A stretch of DNA of 29,367 bases from an uncultured Elusimicrobiaceae bacterium (GTDB lineage: Bacteria > Elusimicrobiota > Elusimicrobia > Elusimicrobiales > UBA9959), in contig CAZVWK010000016.1 in assembly GCA_964631475.1 (NCBI GenBank), forward strand, positions 1 to 29,367, written 5' to 3'. Of this stretch, positions 1-9,131 are shown one piece after another (the first letter of the stretch is position 1; each line of letters begins with the position of its first letter). The position numbers and the translations under genes were made by a program. The notes below the pieces were generated by a model. The model saw only the letters and a program-made list of their open reading frames with translations, was not told the DNA's origin and did no database searches.

Positions 1-1547
<1,547 letters not shown>

Positions 1548-1594
1548 CGCCGGCCGCCGAGGCCGCGTCCGCCCCGCGAGGGGACAAGGAACGA

Positions 1595-3430
1595 ATGCAA
1601 CAGGAAACCACAGCGCGCAGGGCGGACCTGCGGAACATAGCCATCATAGCTCACGTTGACCACGGCAAAACGACCCTGGTGGACGCCATGCTCAAGCAGA
1701 CCGGCGCCTTCACCGACAAAAGCGGCGAAGAAGCTATCTGCATAATGGACTCCAGCGACCTTGAGCGGGAGCGGGGCATAACCATACTTTCCAAGAATAC
1801 CTCCGTCCGCCGCGGCGACACGACCATACACATAGTCGACACGCCCGGACACGCCGACTTCGGCAGCGAGGTCGAGCGCGTGCTGCGCATGGTGGACGGG
1901 GTCCTGCTCCTGGTCGACGCACTCGACGGCCCCATGCCGCAGACCCGTTTCGTGCTCAAGAAGTCGCTGGCGCTCGGCTTGCGGCCCATCGTGGTCATAA
2001 ACAAGGTGGACCGGCCCAACTGCGACCCGCACGCCGCCCTCGACAAGGTGTTCGCGCTGTTCATGGAACTGGGCGCGACCGACTCCCAACTGGATTTTCC
2101 CGTGGTCTACGCGGTGGGTAGGGACGGCTGGGCCTCGCCGGACTACCATAAGCCGGCTAGGGACCTCTCCTTCCTATTCGAGACGATAATGAAGCATGTG
2201 CCCGGGCCCCTGGACCTGGACAAGGAGCCGCTGCGGGTGCTGATTACTATGCTGGACTACAGTTCCTATACCGGCCGCATCGGCGTAGGGCGCATCGTCC
2301 AGGGCGTCATCGCCTCCGGGCAGCAGGTTTCGCTCGGCTCTCCCTCCTCCCAGACCGCGACCCGGAAGGTCATGCAGCTCATGGGCTACCGCGGCCTGGA
2401 CCGCGTCACCATAAAGACCGCGCGCTCGGGCGACATCGTGGCCATAGCCGGCCTCGAGGGCGTCGAGGTTGGCGACACGGTCTCTTCCGTAGATTCCCCC
2501 GGCGTCCTGCCGGGACTCGAGATAGAGCAGCCCACGCTGTCGATGGAATTCTTCGCCAACGACGGCCCCTTCTCGGGCCGCGAGGGCAAGTTCGTCACTA
2601 TAACGCAGATACGCGACCGCCTTTACCGAGAACAGCAGACCAATGTCGGCCTCAAGGTCGAGGAGATCCCCGGCCAGGCCGGTTTCAAGGTCTCGGGCCG
2701 CGGCGAACTGCACCTCTCCATCCTGATAGAGACGATGCGCCGCGAAGGGTACGAGCTCTGCGTCTCCAAGATGGCCGTCATCACTAGGGAGGAGAACGGC
2801 GTCACGCTGGAGCCTGTGGAATACCTGATACTCGACGCCCCCGCCGAGTTCCAGGGCGCCGTCATGACCGGCCTGGGCGCCCGCGGCGCGCAGATGAAGA
2901 ACATGGTCGCGGGCGACGACGGCCGGGTGCGCTTCGAGTACGTCATCTCCTCCCGCGCGCTTATCGGTTTCAAGTCCGAGTTCATGACTTTCACCAGGGG
3001 TTCCGGCCTGATGCATCACAGTTTCCACGGCTTCCTGCCGGAGGGTAATTTCAGCCGGCCCCCGCGCAACGGCGTCTTCGTCGCCAAGGAGTCTGGCCAG
3101 TCCGCCGGTTACGCCCTGAACAGCCTGCAGGACCACGGCATCATGTTCGTAGGGCCAGGCGAGGAGGTCTATGCCGGGCAGGTGGTCGGCGAGCATTGCC
3201 GGGGCAACGACCTCGTGACCAATCCCTGCAAGGAGAAGAAGCAGACCAACATGCGCTCCTCCACCGCCGACGCCTCCATCATGCTCACGCCTCCGCTCCG
3301 GATGAGCCTGGAGCAGGCCATCGAGTATGTCGAAGAGGACGAGTTCGTGGAGGTCACGCCGAAGAGCCTGCGCCTGCGCAAGAAGATACTCGACCATTCC
3401 ATGCGAAAAAGGAGCGAGAAGGACGAGTGA
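1595..3430 (+). CDS. typA: Ribosome-associated translational GTPase TypA/BipA
   Basis: [59 protein letters not shown] and the C-terminal TypA domain ([21 protein letters not shown]). The ATG at 1595 has an upstream AAGGA. The track start (GTG 1544) is upstream of this. Confidence 0.96.
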   Translation: MQQETTARRADLRNIAIIAHVDHGKTTLVDAMLKQTGAFTDKSGEEAICIMDSSDLERERGITILSKNTSVRRGDTTIHIVDTPGHADFGSEVERVLRMVDGVLLLVDALDGPMPQTRFVLKKSLALGLRPIVVINKVDRPNCDPHAALDKVFALFMELGATDSQLDFPVVYAVGRDGWASPDYHKPARDLSFLFETIMKHVPGPLDLDKEPLRVLITMLDYSSYTGRIGVGRIVQGVIASGQQVSLGSPSSQTATRKVMQLMGYRGLDRVTIKTARSGDIVAIAGLEGVEVGDTVSSVDSPGVLPGLEIEQPTLSMEFFANDGPFSGREGKFVTITQIRDRLYREQQTNVGLKVEEIPGQAGFKVSGRGELHLSILIETMRREGYELCVSKMAVITREENGVTLEPVEYLILDAPAEFQGAVMTGLGARGAQMKNMVAGDDGRVRFEYVISSRALIGFKSEFMTFTRGSGLMHHSFHGFLPEGNFSRPPRNGVFVAKESGQSAGYALNSLQDHGIMFVGPGEEVYAGQVVGEHCRGNDLVTNPCKEKKQTNMRSSTADASIMLTPPLRMSLEQAIEYVEEDEFVEVTPKSLRLRKKILDHSMRKRSEKDE

Positions 3431-3990
3431 GGCCCGCTCTCTCCGCCATCCTGCTCTTCCTGGCCGCGGCCGCCCCGAGGCCCGCCGCCGATCCCGCCGA
3501 CGGCTATATCGGCCGCTGGGCCGGCGAGGCCCGTCTGGATTCCGGCCAGAAATACGAAGTTTCGATATCCATCACGAAGGCTTCCCACGGCTTCTCCGCT
3601 TCCTATCACGCCACGCCAAAGGACGGCGGTGACGGCGGGTGGGTGCGCGGCACGGCAGAGGCGGCCAAAAAACCGGAGGGTTCTTACAGGATCAGGCTGA
3701 GGCTGGACGCTTTCAGGAATTTTAACATGCCCGCCACGGCCCGCGTAGAAGAGGATGGGAAACTGACCATAGAGTCGGTAATGTTCAGAGGTTCCGGCAG
3801 CCTCAACCCCGGGAAAGACGAGATCCGCTTCATGTACGAATCCCGCATGGGTTCCGGCAAAGGGGCGCTGACCAAAAAAGTCCCCAAGAAACCGGGCGCG
3901 GCCAGGAAGAAGGAAGAGGTTTTTTCTCCGCCTTTACCTTCGGCCCCCGGCCCGGTTAAAATTGAAGTAGCGCCCCTCAGGCCCGACTGA
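3427..3990 (+). CDS. Secreted hypothetical protein with signal-peptide-like N-terminus
   Basis: A GTG at 3427 overlaps the typA TGA (GTGA). Translation begins [40 protein letters not shown] and continues as a beta-rich polypeptide. No family recognised. Confidence 0.6.
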   Translation: MRPALSAILLFLAAAAPRPAADPADGYIGRWAGEARLDSGQKYEVSISITKASHGFSASYHATPKDGGDGGWVRGTAEAAKKPEGSYRIRLRLDAFRNFNMPATARVEEDGKLTIESVMFRGSGSLNPGKDEIRFMYESRMGSGKGALTKKVPKKPGAARKKEEVFSPPLPSAPGPVKIEVAPLRPD

Positions 3991-4019
3991 CCCCGCCCGC
4001 GGGTCTTTCCGCAGGCCCG

Positions 4020-4218
4020 GCCGGACACGGGCAGGCGCAGTAAGTCACGACGCAGGCAGAGATATACACCCACAGCAGCCGCGCCATTATGCCGCCCAGC
4101 GCTCCGTAGACGCTGCGGCCGGCGCGAACTTGTAGAAAAGGGCCGGGCCCGCGAAGACGACCGCCCAGGGCAGGAAGACGAAGAACAGGTTGTACCTGGA
4201 GCCGGGATTGTCGCTCAT
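4020..4218 (-). pseudogene. Remnant of YihY/BrkB (RNase BN-like, UPF0761) membrane protein, internally deleted and frameshifted
   Basis: Minus strand reads MSDNPGSRYNLFFVFLPWAVVFAGPALFYKFAPAAAS in one frame and SVYGALGGIMARLLWVYISACVV in another. These resemble two separated blocks of the YihY C-terminal half, with the intervening block missing. Boundaries approximate. Confidence 0.5.
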
Positions 4219-4260
4219 GCCAGATGGATGTTATCAAACGAGGGGGCTCCGGTCCTCAAC

Positions 4261-4280
4261 TTTGGTATATTTTTGGTATA
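4261..4280 (+). repeat. Perfect tandem duplication of TTTGGTATAT upstream of the deaminase
   Basis: TTTGGTATAT TTTGGTATAT is followed by TTTTAACCA and the ATG at 4290. This is a short AT-rich island in a GC-rich window. Confidence 0.8.
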
Positions 4281-4289
4281 TTTTAACCA

Positions 4290-4733
4290 ATGGACGATCA
4301 TATCAAGTTTATGCGCGAAGCTATAATAGAGGCACGAAGAGGCCTGGCAGAGGGCGGAATCCCGATAGGCGCGGTCCTGGTCAGTGGGGGGAGTATAATA
4401 GGAAGGGGTCATAATCGCCGGGTGCAGAAAAAATCGGCCATACTGCACGCCGAAATGGACTGCCTGGAGAACGCCGGGCGTCTCAAGGCGGCGGATTACC
4501 GCCGATGCACCATTTATTCAACCCTGTCCCCCTGCCACATGTGCACCGGGGCTATACTGCTCTACGGCATCCCCAGGGTGGTAATAGGAGAGAACCGGAC
4601 CTTCAAGGGGCCGGAAACTTATTCCCGCCGCCGGCTGAAGCTCACAAACCTGGACCTGGCGGAATGTCGGGAACTGATGGCGGGGTTCATAAAGGCCCGT
4701 CCGGAACTGTGGTATGAGGATATCGGAAAATAA
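4290..4733 (+). CDS. Cytidine/deoxycytidylate-deaminase-fold protein, likely cytosine deaminase (yeast FCY1-like)
   Basis: Zinc motifs HAE and PCHMC. The extended match TLSPCHMCTGAILLYGIPRVVIGENRTFKGPE...CRELMAGFIKARPELWYEDIGK closely parallels the S. cerevisiae FCY1 C-terminal half as recalled. Confidence 0.85.
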   Translation: MDDHIKFMREAIIEARRGLAEGGIPIGAVLVSGGSIIGRGHNRRVQKKSAILHAEMDCLENAGRLKAADYRRCTIYSTLSPCHMCTGAILLYGIPRVVIGENRTFKGPETYSRRRLKLTNLDLAECRELMAGFIKARPELWYEDIGK

Positions 4734-4739
4734 ATCATG

Positions 4740-4767
4740 TTCAGAACGCGCGACAATATGCTATGAT
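4740..4767 (+). promoter_or_regulatory. Candidate sigma-70 promoter for RRM gene
   Basis: TTCAGA (4740-4745), 16 nt spacer, TATGAT (4762-4767), followed by a leader of about 105 nt. Confidence 0.4.
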
Positions 4768-4880
4768 ATCTGCGTACCCAGAACTCAGTCTATTGCGGTC
4801 CGACCCGGCAATACTGCGGTGTAGAAGATAGCAGAGAGTGAGTTTGCGGACAGAGAGAGTATTGTCAGGAGGATAGCACA

Positions 4881-5216
4881 ATGAAAAAGATATACGTAGG
4901 GGGACTCCCCTTCTCGACCACCGAGGACGAACTGAACGGTCTGTTCGGCAGCTACGGCAAGGTCTCCAGCGCCAAGATCATCACGGATAAGTTCAGCGGG
5001 CAGTCCCGCGGCTTCGGCTTCGTGAAGATGGAAGATGACGGCGAGGCCACCGCGGCCATGGACAAGCTTAACGGCTCCGAGTTCGGCGGCCGCAAGCTGA
5101 CCGTCAATGAGGCCCGGCCCATGGAGCCCCGCTCCGGCGGCGGCAAGTTCGGCGGCGGCGGCGGTCGCGGCGGTGACCGCGGCGGTCGCGGCGGCGGCGG
5201 CTTCTCCAAGTGGTGA
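4881..5216 (+). CDS. RNA-binding protein with one RRM domain and Gly-rich C-terminus
   Basis: RNP2-like KIYVGGLPF, RNP1-like RGFGFVKM, and a C-terminal GGGKFGGGGGRGGDRGGRGGGGFSKW tail. AGGAGG RBS upstream. Confidence 0.95.
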   Translation: MKKIYVGGLPFSTTEDELNGLFGSYGKVSSAKIITDKFSGQSRGFGFVKMEDDGEATAAMDKLNGSEFGGRKLTVNEARPMEPRSGGGKFGGGGGRGGDRGGRGGGGFSKW

Positions 5217-5250
5217 ACTGACCCCATAGACTGAAACTGAAAAGTTTCGA

Positions 5251-5283
5251 CCCCCGTTCGCGCAAGCGGACGGGGGTTTTTGT
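5251..5283 (+). terminator. Rho-independent terminator after RRM gene
   Basis: CCCCCGTTCGC-GCAA-GCGGACGGGGG (one G-T wobble) followed by TTTTTG. Confidence 0.85.
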
Positions 5284-5512
5284 TTGGGCCGAATTCATGA
5301 AACACTCGCGATTATGGCGGCGATACGCCGCCTAGTCGTCAAGTCCTGCGCCGGGCCCGGTTTCGCCCTCGAATGGCTCTTATACAGGCTGAAATCAAAT
5401 TTTTAGTGAGTTCGCCGGGTATGGCGTTGTAGCAATGGGCTGGTCTGAGCTGCGCTCGCTTTACCGGCGGCAGGCCGAAAAAAATATACTTTTCCTGGAA
5501 TCCGAGGGAGGC

Positions 5513-5617
5513 TATATGTTCAAATCGGCAAACAGCAAGGAAGACTACCTCCCTCCTCCTTCTTTTATACCGAAGCCCCGAGGGTATATGTTCAAATCGG
5601 CAAACAGCAAGGAAGAC
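5513..5617 (+). repeat. 33-bp perfect direct repeat (5513-5545 and 5585-5617), 72-bp period
   Basis: TATATGTTCAAATCGGCAAACAGCAAGGAAGAC occurs twice. Each copy carries the ATG and first codons of the cupin gene. Confidence 0.97.
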
Positions 5618-5929
5618 CTCAAGGGCAAAGCCCTCAAAGCCAAGGACCTGGTAGGTTACGACAAGGGGGCGGTGGTCAGCCGTACCATAATAGACAAGAA
5701 GACGGGCACCGTCACCATATTCTCTTTCGACAAGGGCCAGGGGCTCAGTGAGCACACCGCCCCCTTCGACGCGATGGTGCAGATACTCGACGGCGAGGCC
5801 GAGATAACCATCTCCGGCAAGCCGCGCCGCGTGAAGGCCGGCGAGCTCATAATCATGCCGGCGCACAAGCCGCACGCGCTTAAAGCCGTCAAGCGGTACA
5901 AGATGGCGCTGATAATGATAAAAGCGTAA
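5516..5929 (+). CDS. Small cupin-domain protein
   Basis: FDKGQGLSEHTAPFDAMVQILDGEAEITISGKPRRVKAGELIIMPAHKPHALKA contains both cupin motifs. The start could be ATG 5516 (GGGAGG upstream) or ATG 5588, the second repeat copy. Confidence 0.88.
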   Translation: MFKSANSKEDYLPPPSFIPKPRGYMFKSANSKEDLKGKALKAKDLVGYDKGAVVSRTIIDKKTGTVTIFSFDKGQGLSEHTAPFDAMVQILDGEAEITISGKPRRVKAGELIIMPAHKPHALKAVKRYKMALIMIKA

Positions 5930-5942
5930 AAAGGGGGGGGAC

Positions 5943-6912
5943 ATGGGGGGAACGCCGGACAGGAAACGGATACTCAAAGAAATAATCGGCCAGCTCCACA
6001 CCGGGCTGCCGCTGGCGGAGGCCAAAAAGCGTTTCGAGGCGGAGATAGGCAATGTCACCTCGACGGAGATCTTCGAGCTGGAGTAGTCGCTGATAGACGA
6101 CGGGGTTCCGCCGGAAGAGATAAAACGCTTCTGCAACATGCACGCGCTGCTTTTCCAGAAAGACCTGGAGAAGACCATGTCCGACCCGGAGAATCAGAAC
6201 CATCCCGTCGCGCTGTTCAAAGCCGAGAACGCCCAGATAAAGCGCCGCGTCGATTCCGCAAAAGCCCTGCTGCCGGGCCTTCAGGACGGCAAGGGCGCCG
6301 ACTGGGTGAAGAACATCCTGGGAGGAACTGCGCGCCGTGATAAAGCATTACGAACGCAAGGAGCAGTTGCTCTTTCCTTACCTGGAGAAGCTCAAGGCCG
6401 CGGACTGGGCCGAGATCTTCCGCGAGAGCGCGCAGGCCGGCTACATCTTCATCGACCCGCCGGTCGCCCTGGCCGAGGCTCTCGACATCGCCGCCAATAC
6501 CGGCGTGGCCGGCGGAGTAGTGAGCCTGCCCAGCGGCAATATGAAGTTGGAACAGTTCGTCGCCCTGCTCGACACGCTGCCGGTAGACCTGACCTTCGTC
6601 GACGCCGACGATACCGTCCGCTACTTCTCCGAGGGGAAGGACCGCGTCTTCCTGCGCGCGCGGTCTATCATCGGCCGCAAGGTGCAGAACTGCCACCCGC
6701 CGGCCAGCCTGGCCGCCGTGGAGAAGATAGTCGATGCCTTAAAGGACGGCTCCAGGGATACGGAAGAGTTCTGGATAAACATGAGGGGCCGTGTCATACA
6801 CATACGCTATTTCGCCCTGCGCGGCCCCGCGAAGGAGTCCCTGGGGGCGCTGGAAGTCACCCAGGACATCACGGACATGCAGAAGATAAAGGGCGAAAAG
6901 ATGCTGGCCTGA
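5943..6912 (+). pseudogene. DUF438-type protein (DUF438 / hemerythrin remnant / PAS), disrupted
   Basis: DUF438-like N-terminus ...TSTEIFELE, in-frame TAG at 6084-6086, then SLIDDGVPPEEIKRFCNMHALLFQKDL...NHPVALFKAEN. A frame change near 6320 restores EELRAVIKHYERKEQLLFPYLEK. The PAS part (LPVDLTFVDADDTVRYFSEGKDRVFLRARSIIGRKVQNCHPPASL...FWINMRGRVIHIRYFALR) is intact. Confidence 0.75.
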
Positions 6913-6953
6913 TATGGAAACAAAAGTCATAGACCTCGACAGGACGCTCTACG

Positions 6954-7435
6954 ATGGGCTTCGGGCTTAAGCCGGGCTTCTACGTCTGGTACCCAGTCCT
7001 GATCATTTTCATGGTCCTTTTCCAGTTTACCTACGGCTATCTCCTGCCTTTCTTCTCTTCCGCCGCCCCGGCCGACGGGTCCGGCCCGGGGGCTTTCCTG
7101 GGGGGATGGCTTTCTGCTGCATGGTGATCAACGGGACCTATCTCTACCAGATACTGCCTTTCAGGCGCAAGCGCGAGAGCGAGGCCGAGGCCCGCAGGCG
7201 CTGGAAGGAATGGACGGACCTGATGACCGGCCGCTACGACGACGGCTGCCAGCTCTGCGGCCGGCAGGCTTTCTCGATAGTAGCCCTACTCGGCGTCGCG
7301 CTGGCCGCAAATCATTACATCGGCTTCGCCGACCACTTCACACTGGTCAATCTCGGCCTGCGGGTGCCCCTCGTTCTCATGCCCTCCTCTCCCGCGCCGC
7401 CCCTTGACATAAGACAGGACTCTGTTAGAATATAA
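6954..7435 (+). pseudogene. Small membrane protein gene, frame broken at a G6 run (or two short ORFs)
   Basis: The frame from 6954 reads MGFGLKPGFYVWYPVLIIFMVLFQFTYGYLLPFF...GAFLGG. After the G run at 7100-7105 a different frame reads MAFCCMVINGTYLYQILPFRRKRES...FSIVALLGVALAANHYIGF. One added G joins them. Confidence 0.4.
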
Positions 7436-7440
7436 GGCCG

Positions 7441-8793
7441 ATGGAAGTCCGTTCAGCCATTGTCAGGCATCAGAATAACCCTCGCGCCCGGCGAAAAGGT
7501 CGGGGGTTTTTCCCGTGCCTTATGACAAGGGCCGCTCTGGCCCTCTGCGTCCTTCTCCCGGCCAGTCTCCCGGCGTCGGCTTCCGATTATCATATTTCCT
7601 ATCTCTGGCATCCGGACCTGGCTACCGTGGAGGCCTATAAGAGAAAAGTCGCCGGCCTGCTCGGCCGCGACATGGCCAAGCGGCTCCGCGTGGTCAGGGG
7701 CCAGGATAATTACGGCCTGGTCTATCCCCGCAGGGGTGGCCTCGAGTCCGCCAACACGGTCGCGGCCCGCCATACCCGCCTGCTGGGCGTGAAAAAGCTG
7801 GAGCCCGCCTCGGCTATACCGGCCGCAGACTGGCGCGACGCGCTGGCCGCGGCTTCCGCTCCGTCCTCCGCCCCGCCCGCCTCGGCCGCGGAGCAGCCGC
7901 CCGCCCCGGCCGCGGCCGACTTGAAGCCGTCCGGGAACGCGGCGTTGTCCGCCCTCGGCGAAAAGGTGGAGTCGTATATAAAAGGCCTCCGGCGGAAGCG
8001 GATAATCCAGTCAGACGAGCGCACGGCCTGGTCCGTCTACGATTTTACCTCCGGCGAAAAACTGGTTTCGATAAACGAAGAAGTCCCCATGTCCGCCGCC
8101 AGCATGATAAAACCCTTCGTGGCGCTGGCCTGGCTCCACGAGGCCGAGGCCGGCAGGAAGGCGTACGGCGCCGAGGAAAAGCGGCGCATGGAGAACATGA
8201 TCCGCGATTCCGGCAATATCTCCACCAGCCGCTTCATGCGCGACCTGGGCGGTCCTGGCGCCGTGCAACGCCTGCTCAAGTCCAATTATCCCGGGATCTT
8301 CCAGCAGACCAGCATGGTCGAGTACATACCGGCCAACGGCAGGACCTATCGCAACCGGGCTTCGGCCCGCGATTACAGCCGCTTCCTCTACGCCGTCTGG
8401 AAGGACGAGGTGAAGGGCTCCGCCGAGATAAAGCGCCTGATGGGCCTCTCCAAGCCCAACCGCCTCTATACCTCGGTGCCGGAGGTCCCTGAGGACACCG
8501 AGGTGATGGACAAGACCGGAAGTACGGCCCGTCTCTGCGGCGACATGGGTATAATGGTGGCCAGGGACGCCGACGGCAACGCCTATCCTTATATTATAGT
8601 GGGCATTATCGAGAAATCCCGGCCGGCCAGCGGCTACGCCGGCTGGATGCGCTCCCGGGGCAACGTCATCCGGGCGGTCTCCGGCATGGTCTACGAGGAG
8701 CTCTCGGCGGCGCACGGCTTCGGCCCCGCCGCCGTGGCCGCGCGCGGGGGAGAGGACGGCGGCGCGGAGGAGGAAGGCTCCGGCGGATCCTGA
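7441..8793 (+). CDS. Serine hydrolase, class A beta-lactamase-like/penicillin-binding fold
   Basis: Motifs in order: S-M-I-K (SAASMIKPF), S-G-N (RDSGNIST) and K-T-G (DKTGS), preceded by an N-terminal segment with a signal-like sequence. Confidence 0.8.
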   Translation: MEVRSAIVRHQNNPRARRKGRGFFPCLMTRAALALCVLLPASLPASASDYHISYLWHPDLATVEAYKRKVAGLLGRDMAKRLRVVRGQDNYGLVYPRRGGLESANTVAARHTRLLGVKKLEPASAIPAADWRDALAAASAPSSAPPASAAEQPPAPAAADLKPSGNAALSALGEKVESYIKGLRRKRIIQSDERTAWSVYDFTSGEKLVSINEEVPMSAASMIKPFVALAWLHEAEAGRKAYGAEEKRRMENMIRDSGNISTSRFMRDLGGPGAVQRLLKSNYPGIFQQTSMVEYIPANGRTYRNRASARDYSRFLYAVWKDEVKGSAEIKRLMGLSKPNRLYTSVPEVPEDTEVMDKTGSTARLCGDMGIMVARDADGNAYPYIIVGIIEKSRPASGYAGWMRSRGNVIRAVSGMVYEELSAAHGFGPAAVAARGGEDGGAEEEGSGGS

Positions 8794-8808
8794 CCCCCCG
8801 CTTTTTGT

Positions 8809-8837
8809 TTGACAAAAGTTTGGTTATTTGGCATAAT
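8809..8837 (+). promoter_or_regulatory. Near-consensus sigma-70 promoter for ars operon
   Basis: TTGACA (8809-8814), 17 nt spacer, CATAAT (8832-8837). Confidence 0.85.
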
Positions 8838-8845
8838 AGCCAAAT
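8826..8845. promoter_or_regulatory. Candidate ArsR operator: perfect inverted repeat overlapping -10 and arsR ATG
   Basis: ATTTGGC-ATAATA-GCCAAAT, with 7-bp perfect arms and a 6-bp spacer. Confidence 0.7.
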
Positions 8846-9131
8846 GAAACAAGACCTGAAAAAAAGCTACGCCGCGCAGGCCGCAGTGATCAAGGCCATG
8901 GCTCATCCCACCCGCCTCCTCATACTTAACTCGCTCAAGAAGAGTGAGCTCTGCGTCTGCGAACTGCGCGACCTGGTGGGCGACGACCTCTCCACCGTTT
9001 CAAGGCACCTCCTCGTACTTAAGAACGCCGGGCTTGTCGCCGCGCGCCGCGAGGGGAACTGGCTCTACTACCGCCTCACCTGTCCCTGCGTCCTTGAGTT
9101 TACCGGCTGCATAGCCGGGCTGGCGCGATGA
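8844..9131 (+). CDS. arsR: ArsR/SmtB-family repressor
   Basis: MAHPTRLLILNSLKKSELCVCELRDLVGDDLSTVSRHLLVLKNAGLVAARREGNWLYYRL. Winged helix with the ELCVCEL metalloid-binding motif and a further CPC...C near the C-terminus. Confidence 0.93.
   Translation: MKQDLKKSYAAQAAVIKAMAHPTRLLILNSLKKSELCVCELRDLVGDDLSTVSRHLLVLKNAGLVAARREGNWLYYRLTCPCVLEFTGCIAGLAR

Noticed and set aside
2174-3397. 407-aa ORF antisense to typA
   Set aside because: Shadow ORF opposite conserved GTPase coding sequence, with no recognisable motif.
3196-3426. N-terminal extension of the secreted hypothetical ORF into typA
   Set aside because: Out-of-frame with the conserved typA C-terminus. A GTG at 3427 followed by a signal-like sequence is a better start.
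4190-4414. 74-aa plus-strand ORF overlapping the deaminase start
   Set aside because: It lacks motifs and overlaps a strong conserved gene.
5290-5404. Short reading frame MAAIRRLVVKSCAGPGFALEWLLYRLKSNF between the RRM terminator and the cupin
   Set aside because: It may be a gene fragment but has no recognisable family, RBS or conservation signal by eye.
5926-5952. Poly-G tracts (AAAAAGGGGGGGACATGGGGGG) as a possible phase-variation switch
   Set aside because: The tracts lie between the cupin stop and the DUF438 start. They are short, with no evidence of variability. The ATG 5943 frame could be an RBS/start context only.
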